A stretch of 64,000 nucleotides of DNA from Patescibacteria group bacterium (GCA_040389365.1 JAZKAB010000009.1:44816-108815), one strand, 5' to 3'. Numbered from the stretch's first letter, positions 9,719-19,346 are shown. The notes: generated from the letters alone by a model not told the origin. Numbers and translations: made by a program.

Positions 9719-10075
9719 TTAGGGAAGCAGTGCTTCAATGGTAGGCGGGCCATCTTGCTCGTCTTTGAAAGGAAGCGTTGTGCTGCCAATTACCGCTTCT
9801 TTCAGCTCATAGCTGATATTGCGATGTTCTGTCGCAGCAAAGTCTTCTTTGCCGTCGCCATTGCAGTCGATTGCATAGAGCGAGCCTCTCATGCCAATGA
9901 TCGTGCCGCGCCATATCCATGCAGTATCGGCTGCGGATGCTTCCGAGCGATGCATGTACTTAATGTTTGCCCTTACAGCGGCTAATTCCTCTTCTCTGTC
10001 AAAAGAAGTTTTTTGAAAAGAAAGGATCACGCAGAATCCTACCGCGATAAGCAATATGATATCTCTTTTTAACAT
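9719..10075 (-). CDS. hypothetical secreted protein
   Basis: The ORF has a signal-peptide-like start (MLKRDIILLIAVGFCVILSF). The longer ORF extends to 10102. Confidence 0.4.
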   Translation of the reverse strand: MLKRDIILLIAVGFCVILSFQKTSFDREEELAAVRANIKYMHRSEASAADTAWIWRGTIIGMRGSLYAIDCNGDGKEDFAATEHRNISYELKEAVIGSTTLPFKDEQDGPPTIEALLP

Positions 10076-10127
10076 AACGATGTGTTTTTCATACCATATC
10101 ACATTTTTCTATTTTGTCAAAAAAAAA

Positions 10128-10146
10128 GCCGCCTAGGGGAGGCGGC
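10128..10146 (-). terminator. terminator hairpin (gccgcc-tagggga-ggcggc) with a T-run on the - strand
   Basis: The hairpin overlaps the stop codon of the 10133..10366 ORF. A run of T follows on the - strand at 10120-10127. Confidence 0.45.
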
Positions 10147-10366
10147 CAGTTTGGCTGTGATAGACACGGTGTATGAACGACCTGATCATAATGGCGCAGT
10201 ACGTGCCAATGAAGAAAAGCACTCCCGGAGCTAGTCCGGGCAGATAGGACGGAAGCGTGCCGGAGAACAGCCTGACGGAAAGTGCGGTCAGCAACGCTCC
10301 GAACGGAGAGAGGTACAGGCATGCGGTGAACAGTGCAGCAATGCGAAGGGCGCGAGATCTTTTCAT
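10133..10366 (-). CDS. small hydrophobic protein, hypothetical
   Basis: A 77-aa ORF with two hydrophobic helices. A terminator lies at its 3' end. Confidence 0.3.
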   Translation of the reverse strand: MKRSRALRIAALFTACLYLSPFGALLTALSVRLFSGTLPSYLPGLAPGVLFFIGTYCAIMIRSFIHRVYHSQTGRLP

Positions 10367-10440
10367 AAGCTAACGAATAAGGTTTTAATTAATTTAGCAC
10401 GCATTTACATTTCGTCAAGAGCAGGGTAGAATGGGGCATC

Positions 10441-11160
10441 ATGATACTCAACATTGTCGCGACGCCCATAGGAAATCTTGCCGACATATCTTTGCGCGCA
10501 AAGGAAATGCTCGAGACCGCAACGCTCGTGATTGCAGAAGATACGCGCTCTACCAAGAAGCTGCTCACCCTCCTGGGCATGAACAGCCACAAGGAGTTTC
10601 TTTCTTCGCATGCGCAAAGCAGCGCTCATTCGCTCGACAAGACGCTTGAAGCCTGCGCGGCGCATGCAGTAATTGCGCTTGTCACTGATGCCGGCACGCC
10701 TGCTATTTCTGACCCCGGCTCATTCTTTATCAGCCATTTCAGAGCACTGTACCCAGACGCGCTTGTAGTGCCCATTCCGGGGCCTTCAGCCGCTATTGCT
10801 GCCTTGTCCGTATCAGGCTTTCCCTCAAGCCATTTTGAATTCATGGGCTTCATACCGCATAAGAAGGGGCGCCAGACGCTGTTTCATGCATTGAAGGAAA
10901 AGGAGCATGCCGTTGTGCTGTACGAGTCGCCGCATCGCATTCTCAAGACGCTTGAAGCGCTCGATGAGCATTTGGGCGACAGGTTGATCATGATCGGTCG
11001 CGAGATGACCAAGCAGTTTGAAGAATACCCCGTTAACACTGCCGGTGCATTGCTTGCATACTATACCGAGCATCCTGACAAGGTACGAGGAGAGTTCGTC
11101 ATCGTCATCAGCCCAGAGGGCTACCATCAGTCAGCATCGTCTGATACAATAGAGGAATGA
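10441..11160 (+). CDS. rsmI: 16S rRNA (cytidine1402-2'-O)-methyltransferase
   Basis: It has the tetrapyrrole-methylase fold motifs ILNIVATPIGNLADIS, AEDTR and LVTDAGTPAISDPG. Confidence 0.85.
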   Translation: MILNIVATPIGNLADISLRAKEMLETATLVIAEDTRSTKKLLTLLGMNSHKEFLSSHAQSSAHSLDKTLEACAAHAVIALVTDAGTPAISDPGSFFISHFRALYPDALVVPIPGPSAAIAALSVSGFPSSHFEFMGFIPHKKGRQTLFHALKEKEHAVVLYESPHRILKTLEALDEHLGDRLIMIGREMTKQFEEYPVNTAGALLAYYTEHPDKVRGEFVIVISPEGYHQSASSDTIEE

Positions 11161-11372
11161 TTGGCAAGCTTCGAGTATTATTCTGGTTGGGCATCGTGAT
11201 GCTCTTTTTGCCGTTCTTCGGCATTCCTAATGTATGGAAAACAGTCATCGCAATTGCCATCGGCATTGCGCTTGTTGCATTGGCAATACTGCTGCGAACG
11301 CAGTATCGCGCAGTGCGCACCATTATCCGCAATCTAGAGCAGGCAGCTGCAGGACAAACGCTTCATGAATAA
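11157..11372 (+). CDS. small membrane protein, hypothetical
   Basis: A 71-aa product with two TM helices. Its start overlaps the rsmI stop by ATGA, and the ORF ends inside the start of the ctpA-like gene. Confidence 0.4.
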   Translation: MIGKLRVLFWLGIVMLFLPFFGIPNVWKTVIAIAIGIALVALAILLRTQYRAVRTIIRNLEQAAAGQTLHE

Positions 11373-12621
11373 CGAAACAGAAAACACAGAATCAAACGCA
11401 AAGCCAACGCAGGTCAAGACTGCGCTGCGTATTATTAGCGCTCTTGCAGTTATTGCAGCGGTCTTTCTTGCCGGCGTGTATATTGGCTATGCCAACCGTC
11501 CTGCATTTGCAAAAGTGACTGACATCGTGCACCAGGGCACTCCCGCAACTATTGCCACAACTGCAGACTTTGCGCCATTTTGGAAGGCCTGGCAGGTTGT
11601 TGACCAGAATTTCCCAGGAGCAGACAAGGTAGCGGCTCAGGATCGCATGTATGGCGCTATTAAGGGCATGCTGGCGTCATTTGGCGACCCGTATACCACC
11701 TTCTTCACTCCGTCTGAGAATACGCAATTCCAAAGCCAGATTGCCGGCTCGTTCAGCGGCATTGGCATTGAGATTGGCAAGAAAGACAATATACTGACCG
11801 TTATCGCGCCGCTAAAAGGCACCCCTGCAGAGATTGCCGGCATCAAGTCAGGCGACAAGATTGCAAAGATCAATGATACTGACACTGGTACGATCACGAT
11901 CGATCAGGCAATTGACCTCATTCGCGGCAAGGATGGTACTGTTGTTTCTTTGACCATCGTACGCGAAGGCGTTGCTGCGCCAAAGGTCTATGACATTACA
12001 AGAGCGACAATCGACCTTCCAACAGTTAATACAGAAGTTCGCCCTGACCAGCGGGTATTCGTTATTCATCTTTATAACTTCTCAGCAAACTCAGCAACGC
12101 TTTTCAAGAAGGCTCTGAACGAATACAAGGCATCTGGATATCATAATCTCTTGCTTGACCTTCGCGGCAATCCAGGCGGCTATCTTGAAGCGGCAGTACA
12201 AATCGGCAGCTCATTCGTTCCGGAAGGGAAGGTGATTGTAAAGGAGATTGGCAAGACGCCAGAAGACGTTTCTTCGCACAACAGTACGGGACCTGTTATT
12301 TTCCCAAGCACTGACAAGCTCATCGTGCTTGTCGACAAGGGTTCAGCATCAGCGGCAGAAATTCTTGCGGGAGCGCTCGCCGAGCAAGGCGTCGGCATGC
12401 TCGTTGGCCAGCAGACATTCGGCAAGGGCTCTGTGCAGCAGGTGATTCAGGTGACAAAAGATACTGCTATGAAGGTGACTATTGCGAAATGGTATACGCC
12501 AAACGGCGTGTCTATCTCAGAAAAGGGATTGACTCCGCATATCATTATCCCTGTTGATCCGACTGCCAAGACTGATACCCAGCTTGCCAAGGCAATTGAC
12601 CTCTTCGCCCACCCGCAGTAA
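11365..12621 (+). CDS. S41 family C-terminal processing peptidase (PDZ + peptidase S41)
   Basis: It has an N-terminal TM anchor, a PDZ domain (GIGIEIG...GDKIAKIND), and the S41 motifs LLLDLRGNPGG and LVDKGSASAAEI. Confidence 0.8.
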   Translation: MNNETENTESNAKPTQVKTALRIISALAVIAAVFLAGVYIGYANRPAFAKVTDIVHQGTPATIATTADFAPFWKAWQVVDQNFPGADKVAAQDRMYGAIKGMLASFGDPYTTFFTPSENTQFQSQIAGSFSGIGIEIGKKDNILTVIAPLKGTPAEIAGIKSGDKIAKINDTDTGTITIDQAIDLIRGKDGTVVSLTIVREGVAAPKVYDITRATIDLPTVNTEVRPDQRVFVIHLYNFSANSATLFKKALNEYKASGYHNLLLDLRGNPGGYLEAAVQIGSSFVPEGKVIVKEIGKTPEDVSSHNSTGPVIFPSTDKLIVLVDKGSASAAEILAGALAEQGVGMLVGQQTFGKGSVQQVIQVTKDTAMKVTIAKWYTPNGVSISEKGLTPHIIIPVDPTAKTDTQLAKAIDLFAHPQ

Positions 12622-12632
12622 GATGGAAGGGT

Positions 12633-13067
12633 ATGAAAGTTATTCTGTTAAAAGCCGTACCAAAGGTCGGCAAGGCTAATGATATTGTCGAGGTAAGCGA
12701 AGGCTATGCGCGCAATGCGCTCCTGGCCAAGAAGCTCGCCGTTATCGCAACTCCCCAGGCGATTGCCGAGGTAGAGCGCAGGGCGCAGAACAAGATTGCA
12801 GAAAAGAATATTCAGCATGCTTTGCTGGACAAGGCCATTCAAAGCCTTGAAGGCCAGACCTTGGCGTATCCTGCAAAAGCCAATGAGAAGGGAAGCCTAT
12901 TCTCAAAGATTAGCACGCAGGACATTAGCAAGGCATTGCTGGATCAGCACCGCATTGCAATTGATCCGGTGCTTATGACAATGGAGCCAATCAAGCAGGT
13001 TGGCTCATATACTGTTTCTATAAAGGACGGGGAATACAGCTCATCATTTACCGTATTGGTTAAATAA
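12633..13067 (+). CDS. rplI: 50S ribosomal protein L9
   Basis: The N-terminus MKVILLKAVPKVGKANDIVEVSEGYARN matches L9. Confidence 0.85.
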   Translation: MKVILLKAVPKVGKANDIVEVSEGYARNALLAKKLAVIATPQAIAEVERRAQNKIAEKNIQHALLDKAIQSLEGQTLAYPAKANEKGSLFSKISTQDISKALLDQHRIAIDPVLMTMEPIKQVGSYTVSIKDGEYSSSFTVLVK

Positions 13068-13069
13068 CA

Positions 13070-13100
13070 AAAAAACCTCTCACTAGAGAGGTTTTTTTGT
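13070..13100. terminator. bidirectional terminator between the convergent rplI and rpmA genes
   Basis: The arm acctctc pairs with gagaggt across the loop actag, with a flanking A-run and T-run. Confidence 0.65.
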
Positions 13101-13381
13101 TATCGTGAGTCTACGATGTTTGCCATCTTGCGAACGGTAGTTGTACCATCGAAGTTTAGCTTGCGCTTCTGGCTGAACTTAACGAATCCAGGCTTCAAAG
13201 CGTAGAGCGTGTGGTCTCTGCCAATCCCTACAGCCTTTCCGGCTAGGATCTTCGTACCGCGCTGGCGAACGATGATAGCGCCAGCAATTGCTGTCTGCCC
13301 ATCGTATAGCTTGGTACCAAGATATTTTGGTTGCGAATCATTTAGGTTTTTTGCCGCTCCTTGGGCTTTCTTATGTGCCAT
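13100..13381 (-). CDS. rpmA: 50S ribosomal protein L27
   Basis: The product starts [12 protein letters not shown] and contains [26 protein letters not shown]. Confidence 0.85.
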   Translation of the reverse strand: MAHKKAQGAAKNLNDSQPKYLGTKLYDGQTAIAGAIIVRQRGTKILAGKAVGIGRDHTLYALKPGFVKFSQKRKLNFDGTTTVRKMANIVDSR

Positions 13382-13428
13382 AGTGGTAGCATAATAGCCT
13401 AAACGCCTTTCTGTGTCAATCTCTCTAT

Positions 13429-13830
13429 TTGGGGTATACTAGTGCCATGCGGGCCTTTATCGCCAGACATACTAAGACGCTTTTTGCCTTCACGGGTGCC
13501 CTGGCGGTCATCTTGGCCTTTTATACGGGGTATTTAGAGGGAAAACAGTCGAACACTATGCAGCCCGTTACGCTGTCTTGCAAAGACAACGTATTAGATA
13601 AATTGTCAATACCTGTCGAGGCATTGGCAAATGGAGTAGTGGCGCATGCTGCCGCAGCTCCTGTGCCCGTTCCCGGTACGGCAAAAGGGAAGTATATGGG
13701 CTCAAAGAACAGCACGAAATATTATCTGCCGACATGCAGTGCAGCGAAGCGCATCAAGCCTGAAAACTATATCTGGTTCAGCACGGAAGAGGATGCGCGA
13801 TTGCAGGGCTATACTCCAGGAAAATGTTAA
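13429..13830 (+). CDS. membrane-anchored hypothetical protein with a C-terminal Ada-like metal-binding-type motif
   Basis: It has an N-terminal TM helix. The C-terminus [37 protein letters not shown] follows the pattern YHxPxC...RIxxEN..F.....A...GY.PC..C. Confidence 0.4.
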   Translation: MGYTSAMRAFIARHTKTLFAFTGALAVILAFYTGYLEGKQSNTMQPVTLSCKDNVLDKLSIPVEALANGVVAHAAAAPVPVPGTAKGKYMGSKNSTKYYLPTCSAAKRIKPENYIWFSTEEDARLQGYTPGKC

Positions 13831-14741
13831 AATCAATTCTATCACTATCTATAATGGCAGCGTTCGGACTGCTCGTCTTCGCCCTGGTCTTGCCGACGCA
13901 GGCGAATGAGGTGGCACAGCGCGTGCTTGGAGGCGCTATAATGATAAACAACGCAGTGGGCGTGAACAGCGCGCCAGTGAAGACTATTTCAAATGCTGTC
14001 ACGTCAGTTATCTCAACAGTCGTGTCAGAAGAAAAGCCTGCGGCAAAGAAAGACAATTCGCCGCTCTCCATTGAAAATATTATTGACGCAACGAACGTTG
14101 AGCGCGTGAAGGCGAATCTGCCGCCGCTGAAGACCGATGCCAAGCTTGCTGCGTCTGCGAAGATAAAGGTTGATGATATGATCAAGAACCACTATTTTGA
14201 GCACACGTCTCCGGCAGGAAAAACTGTTGCCGACTTGGGCAATCAGGTTGGCTATGACTATGTCGTTATGGGAGAGAACCTGGCACTGGGAGACTTTTCC
14301 AATGCGACAGAACTGCTGCAGGCATGGATGAATAGTCCCGGGCATCGCGCTAACGTATTGAATGCATCATACGAAGAGATTGGCGTCTATGCGGCACAGG
14401 GCACGTATCAGGGCCGCACTGTGTGGTTTGCAGTGCAGCACTTCGGCACAGAGCGGGGAGTGTGCCCTAGCCTGAATGCGGCGCTTAAGACGTCTATCAA
14501 CACCCTCAATGCCCGCATCAAGACCCAGGAAGGGCAGATAACTGCATTGCGAAAGCAAATAGAAGCTCCAGACCACGTACAAGGGCAGGCATACAGCGCC
14601 CTTATCGCGCAATTCAATGCGCTGGTAGCCTCATACAATTCAGATGTCACCTTGTCACAGCAGAAGGTTGGCGAATACAACAGGCAGGTTGTTACGTTCA
14701 ACAAGTGCTTGAGCCAATACCAAGTATCTTTAACTGAATAG
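13824..14741 (+). CDS. secreted CAP/SCP (PR-1-like, YkwD-type) domain protein with a C-terminal coiled coil
   Basis: It has a signal peptide and the CAP motifs HYFEHTSP and GENLALGDFSNATELLQAWMNSPGHRANVLN. Confidence 0.7.
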   Translation: MLKSILSLSIMAAFGLLVFALVLPTQANEVAQRVLGGAIMINNAVGVNSAPVKTISNAVTSVISTVVSEEKPAAKKDNSPLSIENIIDATNVERVKANLPPLKTDAKLAASAKIKVDDMIKNHYFEHTSPAGKTVADLGNQVGYDYVVMGENLALGDFSNATELLQAWMNSPGHRANVLNASYEEIGVYAAQGTYQGRTVWFAVQHFGTERGVCPSLNAALKTSINTLNARIKTQEGQITALRKQIEAPDHVQGQAYSALIAQFNALVASYNSDVTLSQQKVGEYNRQVVTFNKCLSQYQVSLTE

Positions 14742-14802
14742 TTTTCAACACCTTTATTGACTTTGTCAATAAAGGGGAGTAGAGTAGGGAAAACTCAAAA
14801 CA

Positions 14803-15278
14803 TGAATAAAGCATTAACTAAACGGAAGCTTAAGCGGCAGACGCTTAAGCATGCAGTCTCGCAGAATTTAATTCTATCGGTGCTCATTCCTATCGCAACG
14901 GTACTCTTTGTTATAGGCGCACTGTTCGTAGCACTTCCAATTGTGCTCGCTGTACGTACTCAAACCTTACCGCCAGGCTCCCAAGCTCTAAGCGTGGGCA
15001 GCATGGCCGGGTTCGTAGCAATGCTGGTAATATTTCTTGCTGCCATGCTTGAGCTAGCAGTGCGGCTCGTTGGCTCAAATAAGAAGCTTCAGAGGGCATA
15101 CTTGCAGGCAAAGGTAGACGCATTTAACAAGTGCGACAAAGAGAAGTCTGGCAAGGTACTCGCAGCAACGCTGGAGAACAATGCAATGCTTAAAGAGCAG
15201 TTTTTAAAAATTGACGATCAGTGGCAAAAGCTCAGACAAGATTGCAATGAGGCTGAAAATTTTTTAAAAACAATTTAA
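14803..15278 (+). CDS. membrane protein, hypothetical
   Basis: The ORF is open from 14757. An 11-bp hairpin at 14748-14773 overlaps that upstream start, so the Met at 14803 (MNKALTK...) is preferred. The product has two TM helices followed by a coiled coil. Confidence 0.4.
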
Positions 15279-15285
15279 AATTTAG

Positions 15286-15322
15286 AATCCCGTAGGGCAG
15301 GCTGCTCGCGGGATTTTTTTTT
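15286..15322 (+). terminator. strong rho-independent terminator (aatcccg...cgggatt followed by T9)
   Basis: A GC-rich hairpin is followed by a run of nine T. It marks the end of the housekeeping block. Confidence 0.65.
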
Positions 15323-15671
15323 ATTGGAATAGGAAGCATCTTTATTGCTGTATAAAGTGCGCTAGGGAGTATGTATAAGAAATTATATTAACGTCGCACA
15401 ATTAAGCCTTATGCGACAAGCTTTTTAATACAATCCACACAATCCACAGCCTATATATGCCTATCTATAAATATTATAAAAATAATATATATGAGATATT
15501 CTTGTGGAAAACTTTATACAGATCGTTAATATCATCGGATTTTGGCATCTATTTTTCTTCGTACTTTTGCTGGGAACAATCCTAGTTGCACTTTTCTACA
15601 TCGCGCTCTCATGGATGGCTTACGGTATCGCTCGCGCTTGGCGCATCGGTATCAAAGGGTCACGCTAAAAC

Positions 15672-16064
15672 GTGCGTCCCATCCCTGAAAAACTAAAAAA
15701 GGAAATGGCCAATGACCCGTACTACGGACAATGCTGCCGCTCTGCCACTGGAGAGTGCAACGGACGCATTACCTGGGAGCACGCGATCATCTACGCCGGA
15801 CGACAGCTCAACGAGAAGTGGGCTATCATTCCTCTTTGCGCCTACCATCATTCCGTTGACCAGCACCAGGACGGCGACGGCCTCAATAAGGAGCTCAACA
15901 TCGCCATTGCCCTCAATCGCGCTACTAATGCGGAGCTTTTCGCCATTTCGAAAGCGACCGACTATATGCGCATGCGCTCGAACCTCAACCTAAAGTATTC
16001 TTTGGGTCTTTCGACGCGACCGCCTACTCCATTGCCAGTCGATCCTTATGAGATCGAGCTATGA
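15672..16064 (+). CDS. HNH endonuclease
   Basis: The product reads CCRSATGECNGRITWEHAIIYAGRQLNEKWAIIPLCAYHH, an HNH motif with Cys and His zinc ligands. HNH nucleases commonly sit next to terminase modules in phages. Confidence 0.7.
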   Translation: MRPIPEKLKKEMANDPYYGQCCRSATGECNGRITWEHAIIYAGRQLNEKWAIIPLCAYHHSVDQHQDGDGLNKELNIAIALNRATNAELFAISKATDYMRMRSNLNLKYSLGLSTRPPTPLPVDPYEIEL

Positions 16065-16396
16065 GAAAGAAGGCTGACATACAGCTGGACCTCGACCAGA
16101 CGATCCGCGAGCGCGATCAGGCAATAAAAGCATTGGGAGACAGCCAGAAGCTGCTCGAGCAGTGCAAGGGAGACGTAATAAGCTTCCGAAACCATCTCGA
16201 GTTCATCGGCAACATGGCCTTCGGTCCCAACTGGATACAGGAGCACTCGATATTCGAGCTCTCAGAAAAGGTGAGGGAAATAATATTCCACCACAACCGC
16301 CTCGAGGGAGGCAGGGACGAAATGGTAAGGCTCTTCAAGCAGTACCACCCTACAGAAAATTTAGCAGCCAAGAAAAAACCACATGCAAAACCCTGA
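16061..16396 (+). CDS. hypothetical phage early protein
   Basis: A 111-aa ORF whose start is coupled to the upstream stop (ATGA). Confidence 0.35.
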   Translation: MRKKADIQLDLDQTIRERDQAIKALGDSQKLLEQCKGDVISFRNHLEFIGNMAFGPNWIQEHSIFELSEKVREIIFHHNRLEGGRDEMVRLFKQYHPTENLAAKKKPHAKP

Positions 16397-16739
16397 AATA
16401 CAAGACATACCGAGAAGCGTCCTCAACCGCTACCTCTCGATGGAAGCCGAATGGATAGACAAGATGTTTGCCGAGCACTGGCCCTCGATATTCTCATGGT
16501 ACGCAAGATCGGCAAACGCGCGGCTGTCAAAGGGTAAAAGGCAGTGGCTCTTCGGAAGAATGCTCACGTTTCTATTCGCCAAGCTCTCCGGACTCACCGT
16601 CCACCGCAACAAGAACATGGAGATGGTGAAGCGCAACGGATTCAGAAACGAGAACGCAATCATTACGAAAAGCGTAACGGTAACTATTAGAAAGCACGAC
16701 AAAGAAGTCGCTAAGGCAGAGTTTCAACTATATGGGTAA
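16383..16739 (+). CDS. hypothetical phage protein
   Basis: A 118-aa ORF in a tightly packed same-strand array. Confidence 0.35.
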   Translation: MQNPEIQDIPRSVLNRYLSMEAEWIDKMFAEHWPSIFSWYARSANARLSKGKRQWLFGRMLTFLFAKLSGLTVHRNKNMEMVKRNGFRNENAIITKSVTVTIRKHDKEVAKAEFQLYG

Positions 16740-16932
16740 AGGACTAGAACGAACAGAAATACTAAGAAAGCCGTGCCCCCAATGCAAGGGCCACGGATAT
16801 GTGACAGGACAGAACGGCGTAGAGTCATTCTGCGAATACTGCATGGGGTCGGGAACACTGGAAAAGGAAGTGCCGTACAAGTTCGATGGCGAAAGGTCAG
16901 CCGAAGAGGTCAAGGAGATCTGGGAGGAATAG
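16732..16932 (+). CDS. small DnaJ-type zinc-finger protein (2x CxxCxGxG)
   Basis: It carries CPQCKGHG and CEYCMGSG, two canonical CxxCxGxG repeats. Confidence 0.4.
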   Translation: MGKGLERTEILRKPCPQCKGHGYVTGQNGVESFCEYCMGSGTLEKEVPYKFDGERSAEEVKEIWEE

Positions 16933-17107
16933 GAAGAGAATCCTTACCCCCAACATCCCGCCCGGCATAGATCCGGACGACTACTGCTCGCGCTGCCACT
17001 ATCCCATTGAGGGAATGAGGTTCAGAGACCTCTCAGCCGTGCGGTCCATACACCTCTGCCTGTACATGTGCGCATACTGCCAAGACCAGGAAAATAAATC
17101 CGTTTAA
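16886..17107 (+). CDS. zinc-ribbon small protein, hypothetical
   Basis: The product contains CSRCHY...CAYCQ. It overlaps the upstream ORF by 47 nt, so its start is uncertain. Confidence 0.25.
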   Translation: MAKGQPKRSRRSGRNRKRILTPNIPPGIDPDDYCSRCHYPIEGMRFRDLSAVRSIHLCLYMCAYCQDQENKSV

Positions 17108-17625
17108 TGCCATTTATTATGAGAAAAGGTAAAGAAAAGGAACTCGACTATATTCCCGAAACATGCACCTGCTGCTCTCAGACCACCACCTACGCGCTCA
17201 CTCTCGACCGCGGATCGGTGGAGATACTGAAAAAGCTCGCAAGGTATATCGGGAGAAAGGGAGAGAACGTCGTATGTCCCCGAAAGGAAAAGGAATGCGG
17301 CCTCACCCAGAACGAGATTTGCAATCTCATACGCCCGCGGTCCCACGGCCTGATCGCTCCATACAAGGATCTGCCCGGACACTTCGTACTCACGAGAAAG
17401 GGCGCACAATTCCTTCACGGAAAAGAAATTCCCAAAACAGCCATACGCAGCAAGGTAGAAAACCGAACGCTCGGATACTGGAAGGAGGAAGAAGACAAGT
17501 GCACCATAGCGGACTTCGACAACGGGTCCACGTATTGGGAAGGAATGCAGTACGACATTGTCAACGAAATAGTGGTCCCGTTCGCGGTCCCGTCGTCTAC
17601 CCAGCCAACCTTATTCGCAATATGA
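17107..17625 (+). CDS. hypothetical phage protein (Cys-rich N-terminus)
   Basis: A 172-aa product with diverse composition. The overlapping alternative frame is Arg/His-rich and low-complexity. Confidence 0.35.
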   Translation: MPFIMRKGKEKELDYIPETCTCCSQTTTYALTLDRGSVEILKKLARYIGRKGENVVCPRKEKECGLTQNEICNLIRPRSHGLIAPYKDLPGHFVLTRKGAQFLHGKEIPKTAIRSKVENRTLGYWKEEEDKCTIADFDNGSTYWEGMQYDIVNEIVVPFAVPSSTQPTLFAI

Positions 17626-18134
17626 AATATTATTCAAACAAGCCAAAGACAAGAATCATAGTGCTCTTCGATGACGGCCTCCTCGAGCACTACCACTCAA
17701 TTGCCGCAAAGGACATGCCGTCGTTTGACGTCCTATCCACCCAGTTCGTGAAGATGCCCCAGGACAAGCCCCGCATCCCGAGCAGCCCGAGAGAGGGAAC
17801 GAATACGGAGATAGTGATACGCGCCGCGCTGCTCGGAAAGCTCTCAAACGAGATCCATCAGGAAACCGGCGTGCCTATCACTTCCGTCTATACCATCATG
17901 TCCAACGCGAGAAAGGCGGGACTCATCCCGAAAGACCTGCCTGCCTCAGTGGAGAGCGAGGAAACGATCGCCGAAGCCCTCAAGGAGGAAATGGTGATCG
18001 ACCGAATCAGGGAGTTATGGGTTGATACCGACATGGATACCCGCGAAGTGTGCGAGGAGCTCGGCATATCGCTTGCCTACTTTAACAGCCTAATTGTGGA
18101 GAACAACATCTGCAAGACAATCAGTCAATTATGA
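17622..18134 (+). CDS. DNA-binding protein with two helix-turn-helix-like segments
   Basis: The start MKYYSNKP is coupled by ATGA to the upstream stop. The two HTH-like segments are IVIRAALLGKLSNEIHQETGVPITSVYTIMSNARKAG and TREVCEELGISLAYFNSLI. Confidence 0.4.
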   Translation: MKYYSNKPKTRIIVLFDDGLLEHYHSIAAKDMPSFDVLSTQFVKMPQDKPRIPSSPREGTNTEIVIRAALLGKLSNEIHQETGVPITSVYTIMSNARKAGLIPKDLPASVESEETIAEALKEEMVIDRIRELWVDTDMDTREVCEELGISLAYFNSLIVENNICKTISQL

Positions 18135-18433
18135 AAAAACTGCATTGGATGTGCGAAAGATTCCATTCCACTGATTTAGCTGGTGCGCCGTGCCCGAAGT
18201 GCGCTAATTTCAAATGCGGTAAGAGCTATTCTGAAAAGCTAAGGGAACAAGTCGATGCGATCCCCAGAGAAATGAAGCAGGCGTTGCTGGATAACGTATG
18301 GTCAGGGATGAAGCTTGGCGAAGCTGCAGTAAAGGCCGGATTCAAAGAAGACGATACTCCTATATACGCTCAGATAATGTCTGACAACATTGAAAACAAT
18401 AACTATTACTCGCTAAGAAAACAGGTTGCATAA
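18131..18433 (+). CDS. hypothetical zinc-ribbon/HTH small protein
   Basis: It has a CPKCANFKC motif followed by an HTH-like stretch (KQALLDNVWSGMKLGEAAVKAGF). Confidence 0.35.
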   Translation: MKKLHWMCERFHSTDLAGAPCPKCANFKCGKSYSEKLREQVDAIPREMKQALLDNVWSGMKLGEAAVKAGFKEDDTPIYAQIMSDNIENNNYYSLRKQVA

Positions 18434-18728
18434 AATGCCAAAACTAACTGACGTCCAAAACACGATACTCAAAGCATTCTTCGATCTTCAAATGACCGAT
18501 GAAGGGTATTTCAACGACGACGAAACGCCGTTGATGCTTTACAGCAGGCTTGAAGAAAAGACCGGCATAAAAAAAGCCTATCTTCAAATCGAGGTAAGGG
18601 AGCTGCGCAATATGGGCATCCTATGGCTTGCCCAGGCTGTAGACCAGGACTATGTCCCAAGCGGCAGTGGATGGTGCCTTACTGATCCTAAAGGAGTCGA
18701 TATTGTCAGAGAATTATTTTTCACATAA
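18426..18728 (+). CDS. hypothetical phage protein
   Basis: A 100-aa ORF with coupled start and stop. Confidence 0.35.
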   Translation: MHKMPKLTDVQNTILKAFFDLQMTDEGYFNDDETPLMLYSRLEEKTGIKKAYLQIEVRELRNMGILWLAQAVDQDYVPSGSGWCLTDPKGVDIVRELFFT

Positions 18729-18730
18729 AT

Positions 18731-19339
18731 ATGGACGAACACGTATCCAACTGCTGCAAGGCTGCAATAAAGAATGTACAGGTCCCGGGCGGCAACTTCA
18801 TGTCCATCTGCAAGCAGTGCGAGCAGGAGTGCGACCTTATCCCTGCAGAGCAGGAGCCGGACGATACTGACTGCGGTAACAAGGACTTCCGAGTTATCTG
18901 CCGCCAGCCGTTCTGCAAGAGCTGCAAGCCGAAAGCTCCGAGAAGAATTGAAGACCTTGGCGAAACCATAACCCCTTCGAACATAGTGGGAGTATTCACT
19001 GGAGCTATTCAAAAGATCAACGAGCACAACGTATTTGACCGCATGGTCCCAGCAAGCCAGCTGAGAGAAAAGCCCATAGACCTCATGTTTGTAGTAGGAT
19101 GGCTGCTTTCTGACGATACTGGCACTTCAAGCAAGGCGTTGTGCCGCCACATGCTCGGAATAAAGGGCGATCATTGCGCCCCAAGCGACCAGGGAGACAG
19201 GGGTAGGTGCATAAGGCTTCTGAAAATGGTCCCGCAGTGGTTTGACCGCCTCAACGAGATGTCAATGTACCCGGACTGGAGAGAGCAGGTAATGCTGATC
19301 CAGGGAGAGATGAATATTATTAAGGTTCCACTAGTTTAA
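18731..19339 (+). CDS. cysteine-rich hypothetical protein
   Basis: It has more than 12 Cys residues in multiple CxxC pairs (CKQCEQEC, CKSCKPK). Confidence 0.35.
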   Translation: MDEHVSNCCKAAIKNVQVPGGNFMSICKQCEQECDLIPAEQEPDDTDCGNKDFRVICRQPFCKSCKPKAPRRIEDLGETITPSNIVGVFTGAIQKINEHNVFDRMVPASQLREKPIDLMFVVGWLLSDDTGTSSKALCRHMLGIKGDHCAPSDQGDRGRCIRLLKMVPQWFDRLNEMSMYPDWREQVMLIQGEMNIIKVPLV

Positions 19340-19346
19340 ATTATTT

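Noticed and set aside
15425-15445. Tandem duplication caatccaca caatccaca in the left boundary region
   Set aside because: It is only two copies of a 9-mer in AT-rich spacer DNA. It is too short to be called a repeat element or CRISPR.
15480-15667. A GTG-initiated ORF of about 57 aa encoding a small hydrophobic peptide just upstream of the HNH gene
   Set aside because: It has no ATG, no RBS, and is very AT-rich. It is more likely a promoter or att region.
17163-17621. An alternative frame stays open for 460 nt across gene 17107..17625, so ORF 17163..18134 appears as a 323-aa protein
   Set aside because: The overlapping frame translates to an Arg/His/Gly-rich low-complexity string typical of an off-frame. 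The real downstream gene most likely starts at MKYYSNKP (17622), coupled by ATGA. A programmed frameshift cannot be excluded but is not supported by a slippery site.
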